DNA of 64,000 bases, from the NCBI GenBank assembly GCA_043228905.1, contig JBHGNT010000008.1, positions 16,492,001 through 16,556,000 on the forward strand, in the 5' to 3' direction. The DNA comes from Azolla caroliniana. Lineage: Eukaryota; Plantae; Polypodiophyta. Within the stretch, counting starts at the first letter, position 1. The number at the start of each line of letters is the position of its first letter. A program made the translations under genes and the position numbers. The notes beneath the pieces were generated by a model, which did no database searches, was not told where the DNA came from, and saw only the letters and a list, made by a program, of their open reading frames with translations. Shown one piece after another: positions 1 through 13,823 of the stretch.

Positions 1-509
1 GGAGGGGTATCTCTCGCCAAGATTGCCGTTCTCAACGGGTTGAATCGTTGTGCGAGGCCGCCCAAGCATACTTGCACCATCTCATCCTCGTCGATGTTGA
101 TGTTGATGGAGCCAAGAGAGTCGCAAATGCTCTTGATCTTGGCGGTGTAGTCCGTCACGGACATTTCTTTTTGTCGTATGTTGTTCAACTCTTGCCGGAG
201 TTGAAGCTTGTGCGCGGATGTGTCCGGGACGAAAATCTTCTTGAGATTTTCCCACGCCTCTTTGGGCGTCTTGGCGTCACGAATGTGGCTAAGCATGTGG
301 TCGTTTACACATGTTGCCAAGAAATACATTACCCGACTCGCGCCTTGCTCCCACGTTGGGTAGTTGGCGTGTGTGGTTTCGGGTTTGTTTTCTTGTGCGC
401 CGTTGATGTAGCTCCAATACCCTTGGCTGATAAGGTATTGATTCATCTTGTACTCCCAAGATGAATAATTGCTTCGGTCTAGCTTTTTGCTAGGGAGTGA
501 GCTTCCCAT
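1..509 (-). CDS. copia Gag N-terminus (partial)
   Basis: ATG at 509 gives MGSSLPSKKLDRSNYSSWEYKMNQYL...KTPKEAWENLKKIF...LQLRQELNNIRQKEMSVTDY, a typical copia gag; continues past base 1. Confidence 0.85.
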   Translation of the reverse strand, partial: MGSSLPSKKLDRSNYSSWEYKMNQYLISQGYWSYINGAQENKPETTHANYPTWEQGASRVMYFLATCVNDHMLSHIRDAKTPKEAWENLKKIFVPDTSAHKLQLRQELNNIRQKEMSVTDYTAKIKSICDSLGSININIDEDEMVQVCLGGLAQRFNPLRTAILARDTP

Positions 510-1136
510 TTGTTTGTTCATGTTGATTGTTGTGTCTTCCGTTTTGTTTTTCTTCTCTTGGTCGCGTACACGTCCTTCGTAGCGGCACTACGGTAGCGGA
601 TAACGAATAGCCGGGATTTGTCGTCGGCGTCTCGAACACACAATCACGAATAAGCGGTGGGCTTAGTGGATTTCCTAAACGACGCGCTTTGATACCATGT
701 TAAGTAATTAGGTAATTAACTAGGGTTAATTAGAGACTAATTATATGGTTACGTTAAGCAACGGAAGCTTAGTATGATATGCGCGTGAGAGTGTGTGAGA
801 GGAAGAGAGAGAGAGAGGAAGTTACACTTGAACACAAAGATAAATGGGGGATGATTGACTATATTGAAAAGTGTCATCAACATACAAAAATACCCACAAT
901 GAGGTATATATACAACCCATGTGCCAAGGTGCACATGTGTGGGTAGAACATAGGTACTTATGTGTAAGTCCTACATTAAATGTACTAAGGAGTGGAGGAT
1001 ATAGAGTATCTCACTTAAGTACAAGGTCCTATTTAAAGGCTTAAGGTCAACACATTAACTAGATTTGATCTAGGTAACTACAAAGTTACATGTGTTGACT
1101 AACTAGATTAAACTAGTTGAGCTTGATATCTCAACA
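1..1136 (-). mobile_element. Ty1/copia LTR retrotransposon, 5' part (runs off the window), inserted into the gag of the host gypsy
   Basis: 5' LTR 698-1136 (minus strand TGTTGAG...TTAACA), followed by Met-i PBS TGGTATCAAAGCGC (684-697) and a gag ORF. Confidence 0.85.
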
Positions 1137-1215
1137 ACAAATAAGCCAATACCTTAGTTTCACCGCTCAACAGATGACCGAACTTTGGCAATCTCAAAGT
1201 GCTCTCAAGGCACGT

Positions 1216-1898
1216 TGTCGTGAAGAAAACCGTCCCCAGGTGCAAACCGTGTATAGTGTGTGTGAACCGGCCCTTGAACGTGGGCACGCCCCTTGTTGTA
1301 TAGTAGATAGGTAGGCAGAAAGGTTAAATCCTAGGTAACAATATTCTATAGGGGAAATCGAGGAGTATCTCTATCCGAAAGGATAGAGAATTAATGCGAT
1401 GTAAACGGGTGAACATCTCCCTCCTTGAGCTATAAAGGAGAGGGAGACGGGGGGGGAGAAGGGTATCGCGCGCTAGAGGGGACGAAGTGTTGTCGGATTG
1501 GGGAGAGCTCTTCTCCTCTGTCGTTCTCCATAGCTTTCTTTGCGCAGGCTCTCGAGAGGCTGATTATGCTCCGTGGAACGCCCGTGTGCTTTCGGCAGAG
1601 TCTCCATCTTGTTCCCCTGTGTGCGTGGGTGATCAGGCGTCGCCCGTCTCGCCGACCTGATCGGCTGTAACCGTTCGAGTCATCTGCATACATATATTTA
1701 TATACGCGTTCTTATACTCTATCTCCTACCCAACTTGTGTCTCTTGTGTTGATTAGGCTGCATTCCCGCGTGCTTCTTTGTCTATCCGTGTGTGAGTGTC
1801 TCTCTCTCTCTCTCTCCTTTCGCTTCCTCACCTATTCCTCGGTCCAAGACCCCAGTGGTCCCGCCTCGTTCTCCACGCACACGCGTAGCAACTCGACA
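1216..1898 (+). repeat. 5' LTR of the inner gypsy
   Basis: Direct repeat of 6621-7304 with TG...CA ends. Confidence 0.93.
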
Positions 1899-1903
1899 TT
1901 ATT

Positions 1904-1921
1904 TGGTGAACCCGACGTGAA
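1904..1921 (+). promoter_or_regulatory. Primer-binding site, tRNA-Trp
   Basis: TGGTGAACCCGACGTGAA is complementary to the 3' end of plant cytosolic tRNA-Trp (recalled sequence), just after the 5' LTR. Confidence 0.8.
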
Positions 1922-1943
1922 AGAGGCGGCAGAGGAGTAGAAG

Positions 1944-4900
1944 ATGAGGGGGTCGGACTTCGCAGAAGCCATGGCTTTGGCTGTGGACCGTATAGTGAGT
2001 GCTCGCGAAGGCTCCGGCGCCCTTGATAGGGCTATCGAGGCGGTTGTTGGTACGATCGGCCGGTTTGGTGGGAAGGATGCCACGAGCTACTTGGCGCCCT
2101 ACCGGGCTGAGATGGTAATGAGGGACATTCCGGAAGAGAGGCGTCTAGCCGGATTCCCTCGAGTGGCGATGCCGGGCATCCATACGGAGGTGCTCGAGGT
2201 ACGGGCCGAGTGCCGGACCTGGGAGGAGTTCGAAGGTCGGCTCCTCGAAAAATACGGGCTTGAAGATGCGCTCTGACTTTCGAAGCGAGACTTCATGGAG
2301 TGGGTAGAGACCCCCGACAAAGGAAGGAACGCGTCAGTGCTCCTTCGGGAGTTTGAGGAACGCTTCGCACGCCTCTTGGTGCTTGACCGGGCCGTTCTGG
2401 ACACAAGCCGTGTCCTATTGTTTGTTAAGTCGGTTGACGAGCGGGATCGGGAGTAGGTAGGCCTCCTATTGGAGACTGATGACGGGCTGACGGCCGACTG
2501 GGCCGTGGTTAAAAGGGTCTGTGGCCGTTTCGACAAGCGGCGGGAATGGGTTGACAAAGGATCGACAGGGGCGGGCTCTATCGTAGCAAAGAAGCTCGAG
2601 CCAACACCACCAACGCGAAGGGAAGAGACCCGAGATTGGCTCGAGACCGGATCGGCTTCAACCGGCATGGTCAAGGGCTCGTCCGGGGGAGCAGCTGACG
2701 CGGATGGTAAAGGATCTCCAGATCGCCCAGGCACGGAGGGATGGTGGTGAACAGGCCCGTGACCGACGACCTTTGGCTGAAAACAGGTGCATGTGGTGTG
2801 ACGCGGTTGGGCACATCCGGAAGGACTGCGGGGACTTCGCCGAGGCGATGAGAAGCAACGTGGTGTACCTGTGGAATGGTCGGGTGCACGCCAGCGAGAC
2901 CCGAAGGGCCCTGAACCTGAACATCGGGCAAGGGGGTATGAAAAGGCTGATGGAGGAGGCGGCGGCTCGTCATGCGGAGACCGTCCACTACTCGGCGTCA
3001 GCTGGTATTCGGGTCGGAGGTGGCGAGGCCCCGAAGATGAACAAAGCCGGGTTCTGGCCGACGATGCTGGAAGGCCTCGCCGACGCACGACTGAGGAAAG
3101 AAGAGGTGGACCGCGCGGAAAAACGAGTCCGGGAGGTAACGGGGTGGAGTGACCTGGTAGAAGAAAAGACGGGCTTCGTTGAAGCCGCTTGTCAAAACTA
3201 CGAGGCGCTGGTGGAGGATAAGCGAGTAGGGAAAACCGGAGGGGCCGGGCCCTCGCATCGATATGAAACTCGATTCGGGCAAAGACGGAATGAGGCCAGT
3301 GTAACCGGCGCCCAGGATAATCCCAAGAAGGGTGGGTACCGGCTGGGCACAGAAATCGAAAGATCCATGAACCTGCGGAAGGTCCTGGAAGAACGACTCC
3401 TCGACAACAAGGTGGAACTGTCGCTGAGGGAAGAGCTCGGGATCGCCAAGAAGGAGTTCCACAACTCCATCGTAGACTTGGTAAAGAGGAAGAGGCTGTC
3501 GACGGAGATAGAACCGGAGAGGCCGGTGGAGGTGCGGACGACGCACATAGAGGACATGGCGCTGGAAGACGAGTTGGCGGAGAGCCACTATTCGAGGCCG
3601 CATTGGGCTAGAGTGACCACGGAGACCCCCGTGAAGATCGGAGATGTTCATGAACCGGTGGTGGCGTTGGTGGACCATGGTTTAGAAATCAATTTGATGT
3701 CCATGGACTTCTATAAGAAGGGAAAATGGCCGATCAACACCAAGCACAGGTGGAAAATAAGGGCGGCGACGCGTGCCACCGAAGAACTGCATGGAGCCTA
3801 CCCGAACGTACGAGTAAAGATCGGCGATGTCGAGATTGACCAACACTTCTTCGTGTAGGAGACGTCCTCACATCCGGTTATATTAGGAGAACTGTACATC
3901 ACGGCAGCACAGATGGAGACCAAGGTGCTGGACAACGGCTCGGCCTACGCAAGGGTCAAGAGCCAGGATGGGCGTCACTCGGCCCAGTTCCTGACGGTGA
4001 GACCGAACCATTAGAGGAACCGCGAGACCCTCGGGGGCGAAAGCTGGGAGGATTTTTGAAGAGGGCTATCAAGGCGTGGGGCCGCGATAGTCCGGACACT
4101 CCGGGAAAACCCCACAAGTGTATAGTAGCGAAGAAGACCTATACTATAAGTAGGAAATTTTGGTTCTTTGACAACAGAGGGTGTACGATAGTCGACGTTG
4201 TTGGCCGGAAGAAGAGAAGGGCGGAGGAGCGACTTCGGGCATGTGGCGTCCTCGACCTCAGAGAGGAAATCAACGGAGCCGTGGAGGCGGTCTCTTTCGA
4301 CGATACCTTGGGGGAGCTGCGGGAGGTAGTCGGAGGAGTCCTTAAAGAGGACCGGACGATTCCGGTATGTTTGGAAAAGATGTATGAACTCATCGCGGAC
4401 TTCAGTAGAGGGCTCGAGTCGGATCGGATGGCCCGGGTGGACACGAGGTACAAGACTGTGGACCGGAAGGTGAGGCTGGTCGCGGCTCCCTTGCTGGAGG
4501 ACAACGAGTTGCGAATAAAAGGGGTTGCGTCGGACCCGAGTTTACGAAATCCAGCCCGCATAGGACACACGTTCACCGACATAACGCTACGGGAGCTCAA
4601 GGTCGGTGGGGGCGGCTTCCTACTGCCGGAGGAGGAGGACCGGTTTCAGAGAATGCTCGGAAGGCACGGGAAGGCTTTCGCATTCTCACCGGAGGAGATC
4701 GGGTGCGTAGACCCGACAGTCGTGGAACTGATGGTGATATTCACGGTACCGCATGTGCCGTGGAGTCTCAAACCGATTCCAGTACCCAGAGCTCACATCC
4801 TGAAGCTGATGGAGCTGTTAAGGTAGAAGTTGTTAAGCTGATGGGAATCCTCGAACCGTCGAGTGCCCCATACTCGAATCGGTGGTTTACTGTGCCGAAG

Positions 4901-6554
4901 AAGGACGGCATGCTGCGCTTTATTCTAGACCTGCAGCCGGTCAACAAGGTGACCATTCGAAATGCAGGGATCGGACCGACAATAGACGAGTTCGCGGAGG
5001 CCTTCGCCGGAAGGTTGATTTACTCGGTCGGTGATCTCTACTCGGGGTACGATCAGTTCCAGCTTGCCGTTGAGAGCAGAGACATCACGACAATGCGAAC
5101 TCCTCTCGGCCTAGTACGGATGTGTACCCTGCCGCAAGGAGGGACGAACTCGGTGGCTCACATGGTGAACGCAATGAACAAGGTGCTGAGGGATTGTATC
5201 CCGGACATCACCGTGGCGTTTTTGGACGACGTCTCGATCAAAGGATGCCCGGTGGAGGAAAAGGACGAGACAATCAGACCGGACGGATGTCGGAAATTCG
5301 TGGTGACGCACATCGATGACTGCGAGAAGGTGCTGCAGAGGTTGGAGGGCGCAAGGCTCACCTTCTCCGGGGGAAAGTCGGCCTTCGGGCAATCAGAGAT
5401 CATGGTCGTCGGACACCTATGCGGGCCGTAAGGCCGGAAACCGTCTCCGGCTAAGGTAGAAGCCATCTCCGCGATGAAGAACGACTGTAGCTCGGTCACG
5501 GAGGTTCGGAGGTTCTTGGGAGCGTGCGCATTCTACCTCATATGGATCCCGCATTACGCTCACGTCGTGGAGCCGTTATACGGGTTGCTGAAAAAGGGGC
5601 GAAAATTCGAGTGGAGAGACGAGCATACGGATTCTGTCCGGAAGATGAAGGGAGCACTGGCCACGGCTCCAGCGCTCCGAAAGGCTGTCTATGGACAGAG
5701 CGCTCCAATTTACGTAACGGTGGACACGAGTCCGACCGGGATCGGATGGGTCGTCAACCAAGAGGGCGAGGACGGCACGCGTTTCCCGATCCGGTTCGGC
5801 GCGAAGGTCCTCAAAGAGCGACAACGAAGATATGCCCAGGTTAAACGCGAGCTCTGGGGTACCGTTTCGGCGGTAAAGGCCGATAGAGACTACCTAATCG
5901 GGACAGAGGTAATTATCGAGACGGACTGCCTGCCAATTCTTGGCATGGTTTCCGGATGCGCGACGTCGGACCTGGCAATGCTCAGGTGGATAGCGTACAT
6001 CAAGTCCCTGAATCCGGAAGTACGTCACATTTCCGGGAAAGACAATACCATGGCCGACATGCTTTCAAGGGCGAGGTTCGAGAACGAGGGCGGCATGGTT
6101 TCGGAGGACGAGGAAGTCGGCGTGGACTTCTTCGAGGCGGCCTACGTAACAACCGGCAGGGAATGCACTCCGACGCTTAACGATTTCGACGAGAGCAAGT
6201 ACCAAGGGGAGTGGCTACAGATCAGCGGGTTCCTGAAAACAATGACACCGGACCAGGCCAAGGAAGATCGAGGAAGGCGACTGGGTGCTAGTCTACGACA
6301 GCAGCCTCGACAATCAGCACAGGGCCACGCGGAAATTTGTGAGGAGGTGGTTCGGGCCTTACGTAGTAACATGCGCCAACGGCAATGGGACGTACCATCT
6401 CGCGGAGCTCGACGGTACGAGAATGGTGATACCAATAGCGGGGAAGAGGATCAAAGCGTTCAAGAAACGACACGACGAGGAGCCGAAGCTAGGGGGCATG
6501 GACAGCGACGACGAGCAGCCCGAGGCGGAGGACGAACCGGTAAATGAGGAATAA
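1944..6554 (+). pseudogene. gag-PR / pol of the inner gypsy, disrupted
   Basis: CMWCDAVGHIRKDC knuckle, ALVDHG protease, DLYSGYDQF and FLDD (RT), TVDTS (RNase H), RWFGPY integrase C-terminus; scattered stops; integrase core missing near 6253. Confidence 0.9.
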
Positions 6555-6620
6555 AAGCAAGGATCAGTTTTCTCCCATAGGAACCCAATTTTGGTGGATG
6601 CGCGGTTAGGTGGGGGCGGA

Positions 6621-7304
6621 TGTCGTGAAGAAAACCGTCCCCAGGTGCAAACCGTGTATAGTGTGTGAACCGGCCCTTACACATGGGCACGCCCCTTGTT
6701 GTATAGTAGATAGGTAGGCAGAAAGGTTAAATCCTAGGTAACAATATCCTATAGGGGAAATCGAGGAGTATCTCTATCCGAAAGGACAGAGAATTAATGC
6801 GATGTAAACGGGTGAACGTCTCCCTCCTTGAGCTATAAAGGAGAGGGAGACGGGGGGGAGAAGGGTATCGCGCGCTAGAGGGGACGAAGTGCTGTCGGAC
6901 TGGGGAGATCTCTTCTCCTCTGTCGTTCTCCATAGCTTTCTTTGCGTAGGCTCTCGAGAGGCTGATTCTGCTCCGTGGAACGCCCGTGTGCTTTCGGCAG
7001 AGTCTCTATCTTGCTCCCTTGTATGCGTGGGTGATCAGGCGTCGACACCGTCTCGCCGACCTGATCGGCTGTAACCGTTCAAGTCATCTGCATACATATA
7101 TTTATATACGCGTTCTTATACTCTATCTCCTACCCAACTTGTGTCTCTTGTGTTGATTAGGCTGCGTTCCCGCGCGCTTCTTTGTCTATCCGTGTGTGAG
7201 CGTGTCTCTCTCTCTCTCTCTCCTTTCGCTTCCTCACCTATTCCTCGGTCCAAGACTCCAGTGGTCCCGCCTTGTTCTCCACGCATGCGCGTAGCAACGC
7301 GACA
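6621..7304 (+). repeat. 3' LTR of the inner gypsy
   Basis: Direct repeat of 1216-1898, preceded by a polypurine tract. Confidence 0.93.
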
Positions 7305-8911
7305 ACATGTCATTAGTTTACAATGTGAGACTAATAGACCTGATGAGCGACAAGGTGAACCATCGTTTGTCGTTAAGCCATTTATGGGAGTAAAAAAGGA
7401 AAGAACCGAAGAAGCAATCTGCACGTGGTTGGGCCGATGGGAGTCTCATTTTGAGCTCTATCCCATGCCAGATAGTACGAAGATTGCATATGTCGACCGA
7501 GAACTAGGGGGTAAGGCCGCCGCCTGGTGGTGTGGGCTCCGTACTTTGGGGAAATTGCCCGATAACTGGACAAATTTTGTCACAGTTTTCAAGGGCCAAT
7601 TTCTGCAACCTCCTTCTTGAACCGAGGTAGCACAAGCTTTAATGAACCTCTCTAGTAGGAAGTTTTCCTCCCTAGAAGACTATGTTCACCATGCTAGAAC
7701 CCAAATCCAAAAATCGGGTCTAGAAGAATTTGCAAATATAAAAATACATGATAGGTCTACGAGTGGAGATCATTAGAAATTCAAATAAGTTTGGACGTGT
7801 TGATAAGTTAATGTAGGCATAATAAAGTTCAACAATGGCTCAATATCTCACTAATGTGCGACATGGGAAACACTAAGTTAAAGACTTATATTAATTTGGT
7901 AAGTTTTACAAAAATATGAGGTATACTTGTAACCATACTAATAAAATGAGTTATAATTTATACTTTTGACCCATACTCGCATGTATATAATTGTGGACAA
8001 TGTAGGATAGTGCACTTTAGGATAATGTGATTGGAATAACTAACTTATTAAGGTATTTAACACTTGTATTTAAAGTTGATCTAATCTATTCCTCAGTTTG
8101 TTCTTATGGGATCAAAGCATATGTATATAATTGTGGACAATGTAAGACAATGAACTTTAGGATAATGTGGTGGAAATAACAAACCTATTAAGGCTTTCAT
8201 ACTTGTATTTAAAATTGATCTAATCTATTCCTTAGGTGATTCACATGGGATCAAACTCCGAACGATGACGCCAGTGGAACTACAAGCGTATAAAAACATG
8301 TGGATAACGCTAGTGGAACCATTATCAACACACTACACAATCTAAGTAGCAATGGAAGAGAAACATAATAGTTTTAACAATAGAAGACAAAGATCCATAA
8401 TAACAACATGGACAGTCATGGAAACAATTCTACGACCATGTTATGTTAAGGTAAAGTTTGACCAAAATCAGCCTTAATTTAAACTAATTCATGTTTCTCC
8501 ATATTGGTAGTTAGCAATGCACGTGGTGAAACCAATGTCATAAGTCTACTAACCAAGTATATAGAAATAAAATTGAAACATATAGAAGATTATAAAGAAT
8601 AGAATCCACCAAGTAAAACCCAAAATTTGTATTAATAATGTGAATTCCAAACAATACATTTCGCGTTTCTAAAAGAGTCTATTACATAGCAAGTAAATCT
8701 TCAATGTCATTTTCTTCTTCATCCTGTATAGAAGTCTCTTCGGCTATACATGCATTGTCTTCCCATGTTAGCTGAGCCAACAAAATATCTTCTATAAGCT
8801 CATCATCAAGCTCTATTAGCTCCCCTGGTTCCCCGGCTAACCGAGGAATAGGCTCTCGCGAAGCAGGTTGAAACCTTTCGGTATTAGTGAGGTTCTTTGC
8901 ACCGACCTCCT

Positions 8912-9363
8912 TGTTACCGGTTGGCAAGAAGGCTTAAGGAGGTCCAAATCAAAGTGTGAAAAGGAATAGTTATTCGGGAACTGTTGTAATTAGTAATCTT
9001 ATTAATATATGAGAAGATGTGGATGGACGGACTGGAATCGGTATGCCGATCCGGATCCGGACCGATCCCGTAAAGGTGCCGGTTGGCACCGTTTTGTATT
9101 TCACACCGGAGACCTATATAAAGGCCCGGTTATAATGTAATCAGGAGCGGATAATTAATAGAGCTTATTGTCTTAATCTTCCAGTGTTGATTACCGTTCT
9201 GTATTCATTGTTATATCTTACGCGTGTTAATTATGGATTGCTAAGTAACCAATTAAGGTCTAATTAAGCGTTGTGTCGTAAGTCATTCTGCCGTACCACC
9301 CTTTGGTGAAGTGTCTTAAGTGGACACCCTTTGTTAGGCTTTTGTCCGGCCCTACGATTAACA
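8912..9363. mobile_element. Solo LTR (452 bp)
   Basis: TGTTA...TAACA ends; perfect 5-bp TSD CTCCT (8907-8911 / 9364-9368); absent from the homologous site in copy 2. Confidence 0.9.
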
Positions 9364-12300
9364 CTCCTCGTCCTAGTCTGGGCACTCCCACAAGGCCGTA
9401 ATCCTCATGTTTATAAATATAACTTGCTCCTCGTCCTTCTCCAATGCAACTGTGTTTCTAAAGAGCTTCAATGCACATGTAGACATTGTCCTTGTAAAGA
9501 AAGTAACAAGAAGAATTAGTTCTCAAACAAAAAAGATTCCGTATTGGTTATCTCAAGATCGTTAACCTAGTTCAAGGAATACATCGAGTTAAGAATAGAT
9601 TGAACAATCTTAAGAAAGGCAATATAGTGAATGAGACATATAAATAATCCTTACCATGCAAGGTTCTCGATGCCATGGAAACGAGATCTCAAAGCTTCAG
9701 CTACCGAGTACCCTTGGTCCATATTATGAAAGACAACTATTGTCCACAAGGATGCAGTCGTTAGCTCAGCAAAATCCTTGACCATCTTCTCTAACTGTTT
9801 AAACCTAAATGGTTCATCATTTTATGATGACCCTGCCATTCGAAATCCGTATGGAATATCAACAATCATTAGCGTATATTCCTTCTTTTGCACTTTTTGG
9901 ATCATGTCAACGACATCGCCGCAAACCATGTTCCTCATAATATCCTTTTTGTGGTTAAATTTTTTGAAGGAGCCATCTTCCTCAATTTCGTACGCCTTGA
10001 CTAAGCGACGATCCTTTTCTTTTCTGGCTCTCTCGAGATGTGCAAGGAAGGATGTCGGGAAATCGTGTATATCCTTAACTTCTCCTTGTTTCTTGCCACG
10101 CCACGGTTTCTAATAGAAGCAATAAGACATCAAGTATTATTACACAACCTCTACATATGAGGAAAACTTAATGAAAAAGCACCAATACTAACCCAATCCT
10201 TGATTGCAATAAAATACTCGGATAACGCCTTATATGAAGACGTTAGAGGATAATCCTCGATCACTTGTTCCCAAGTTATACATCCAAGTTGTTTCATCAT
10301 TACTTCTTGGATCTTCATGTACACCTTATGACTGTGAAATTAGAAAACGAGATTAGAACTTTCAATTGCACCATATTGAATTCAATATCACTATTTGAAA
10401 GACTTACTTATTGAACTTAGTGACCATTTCTTCAAGGCTTAAATCTTTTGCCACAACCCTTGACAAAATAGACACAAGAAGCTGCTCGTCCTTAATACCT
10501 TGCATCGCTCTCCACAGACACAACTTCATGTCGTCAGTAGCTTCTTCAATTGTCAAATCAATTTTCTTGGCCGCTTGTGACTTTAATTCTAGTTGAGGGT
10601 CTACCTTACATTTCTTTTGTCGTTGACCCTTGACCTCCTTATTCTCCCACATTGAGAAGATTTGATCTTGTAGGTCCCATACTTCTCCATCTCTAAAGGC
10701 AAGTTGAAACCAGGACTCATATTTCTGAAGACCATCGGACTTAACATTATCATCCACCACAATGCCAACTTCATGCAAGCATTGACGTTGTAGGCCTGGA
10801 TGTAGCTTCACACCGAACTTTTGTTTGACGTCCAAATAGTCGTGGTGGAAAAACCTTATACGCTCAATCGATGACATTTTTTGCCTGTAGTCATTATCGT
10901 TATTGTGGTCCCATGCAAACAGCTTTGCCTCTTCAGTTGTGAGGCCCATGTAAATTTTGCACTCGGCATACTTGAAGAAGAAAGTCGTTGGATGTTCACA
11001 AGTTGCCGACGTGCCTCCACCGAATGCGATCCACCAATTACAAAGTAATTGTATTGATCATGCTTTCTTATGTTGAATTCTTCAGTGGTTTCACATTCTT
11101 GGGGATCCACCATAACAATAAAAGGCACAACGGTAGCATGTGGATTAATTTTCATTTTTTTCTTGAGATTTTGAACATGCATTCGGTGTGGCTCTCTGAT
11201 CTCAAGTGGTCTTCATCCTGTTTTATCATCTATAGGGGGTCGATAGATGTGTGTTATAGGCAAATTAAACACTTGCCCTTTTCTGACCAATTTACGTTGC
11301 ATTAACTCTCTCTGTATCTTATTCTATTCGGATGACAACATACCTGATGCCAGCTCAGCTCCTGGCGTCCCCCTAGTGTCCTCATCTTCGTTTGAGCTTG
11401 ATGAGTTGGAGTCCGACATTTCAGTGGTCTTCTTTTTTGGTGGTCTTGATTGCACTTTAGATGCCCTTTTCGGGGCCTTCACTGGGGAGGGCAAGGGCTC
11501 CCTTAGAGTTACATGGCCTTGTATATAAGGCCTCAAGGTGACAATAAGGTTTTGTGAGCTTTCTAGATCTTTTTTAAAGATTCGGGTCCACAAGATTCCT
11601 TTACTAGTAGATCTTCAGAAAGGTACACTTTACGTACCCCCTTAGAGCACTCTATCATTACAAGAATGTTGGCTCAATCTGAATATTCGTAGTCAAATCT
11701 TAGAATATGGCCATACATAAATGCGGTTTCATTTTCAAGCTGATCGTCGCCCTTCTTCTTTGCTATATACAACACAACTTTTTTCCTGGAGTCGACGTAT
11801 TGCATACACCATTCCTTGTCCGTTAGATCAAGGTCAGGAAGGTCCTCACCACCAATAGCTGCTAACATTTTCTTTTGGCTGACATCATAAGATGGTTGAG
11901 ATTTTGTCTCCTCATTGAAGAGAAGCTTTTTTCCTCTCTTCATGTTCTGAGGAACTATTAGTTTCTGGGTCTCAATTGGAGAGCCCTGAATCCGAAGCTT
12001 TATCTTCTTCACAAGTCGGTCCAACAAGTTCTCAAACGACCTTTTTAAGAAAGGACATGCGAAAACATAAGTTAGGTGGTTACCTAGATTAAGGTTGTAT
12101 ATTAAAATATACATAAGTAGATGAAGACAAAAACTAGCAGACGATTTGTGGTAAACTATAAATATCAATCTTATATTGAGTGAACATGATAGTCCTTTAT
12201 TCGGAAAGTAATTCTAGTAAGGGCTATTCAACTTCGAAAATTATATATCTTAATAATTATACAAAGGATATGTATCATATTGAAGGGTAGGTATGGCTTA

Positions 12301-12567
12301 TATTGATTCCATATCCATATTGTAGAGAATTTGCATATGATAGACTTAAATTTGGTATCATAAAGGTAATTTGTGGGTTATTTTCTATTATTTTAAGCTA
12401 TTATAGGTCTTAAAACCTTTTTAAGTAAGGTCGCTAGTTGTTACAAAATATAGCAAATGTCACTAAAAAAGTCTAAATTGGACATAAAATTTGGTATCTT
12501 TTCACACAATACTAAATTGTTCCCCCAAAGACACAATATTCCTGTTTAAATTTTGTGTTTTATATAG

Positions 12568-12831
12568 TAACTCGATACGTCGTATCGAGTTCCTGTGCAA
12601 AACACAAACTTTAAACAGGAACACGATACGCCGTATTGAGTTCTTGTATAAAACACGAACTTTATATAGGAACTCGATATGCCATATCGAGTTCCTGTAT
12701 AAAACATGAACTTAATACGTATCGAGTTCCTATTGAAAACGCAAACTTTATACAGGAACTCGATACGACGTATCGAGTTCCTGTATAAAGTTTGTATTTT
12801 AAATAGGAACTCGATACGCCGTATCGAGTTC
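12568..12831. repeat. Palindrome array (about 6 degenerate units) in intron 1, copy 1
   Basis: Repeated AGGAACTCGATACGnCGTATCGAGTTCCT at about 51-bp spacing. Confidence 0.88.
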
Positions 12832-13823
12832 TTGAGTGCTAAAACATATCTACAAAAATGTCCAGAGTGTCAGACGCTTAACTGGAGTCTTGGAGCTCGA
12901 TTTTCTTTGAAGACATGGTTCACGTTGTCGATGCTTAGGGGGAGAACCCAATTTGGTGCTTGGTGCTCTGTGTGCTTTGTTCTGCACGTGTGCTTTGTGT
13001 GATTAAGATATGAGGAGGTCTTCCTATTTATAGGGATTGACCACATTGGTTAAAGTAACCACAACCACTTTAACCAGGGTTGGCAAGCTTAAGGTTAGTT
13101 AGTTAGTAACCATAGTCACTTTAACCAGAGTTACTTTATTTAGTACATAATCTTGAGTGTACCAATCACTCTCTAATGGATTTAAATTAAATGATGCTTA
13201 TGAATGCATCAATGATTAAATACTCAAACTAACATATTAATGATTATTTTATAGTCAAACTAATATACAATGACTTTGAAGGTCATGAAGGAAACAATGA
13301 TAGAGGTTCACGAATGAACCAATGATTGAATACTCAAAGCAACATTTTTATTACTCTTAACTGCTTTGTATTAAAGATGTGGCCATGAATGAACCAATGA
13401 TTGAAAAGGCTTATATTTAAAATGGTGGGCATGAATGAACTAATGATTTAGAAGTTCTATATTAAATATGGATACCATTAATTAACCAATGATTTTAACT
13501 TTAAACCAACATATATATGGCTTGGTAATGATTGTAATTATATTATACTTGATGGCTAAAGTAAATTTAATTTAAATGATATATTATCGGGTTAATAAGG
13601 TATAAAAAATAATTGATTTAACTTTATAGTGACTAGTTTAAGTAATTATTAATATGTTGAATACAATTATTATATTAAAAATAATATATTTATTTATTGT
13701 ATTAACATAATATTAAATAATATAGACATTATATTGAGGGAGTTTATGTTTAGAGAGGAGCTTATCAGTTTTTTATATTAGCCCAAGAACATAACTTAAA
13801 GAGCTCTATGTGGACCTTAAGCC

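Larger units (their letters stand above)
1216..7304 (+). mobile_element. Ty3/gypsy LTR retrotransposon with both LTRs, tRNA-Trp primer, 4-bp TSD and integrase core deleted
   Basis: LTRs 1216-1898 and 6621-7304 (TGTCG...CGACA, highly similar); PBS 1904-1921; PPT AGGTGGGGGCGGA before 6621; TSD ACGT (1212-1215) / ACAT (7305-7308). Confidence 0.93.
8682..12916 (-). pseudogene. ParB-like/amino-DNA-methyltransferase gene, copy 1 (inactivated)
   Basis: Same exon layout as copy 2. Exon-1 donor GT>TT, stop at ~11674, 4-bp deletion near 11000, the FxGxG exon deleted at ~9582, and a solo LTR in the last exon. DIPYG retained. Confidence 0.85.

Noticed and set aside
2099-6690. Long antisense and alternate-frame ORFs over the inner gypsy
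   Set aside because: Shadows of GC-rich gag-pol with no recognisable motifs.
7700-7740. Left TIR and TSD of copy 1
   Set aside because: Not present; gag joins directly to internal element sequence, so the TSD of copy 1 cannot be confirmed.
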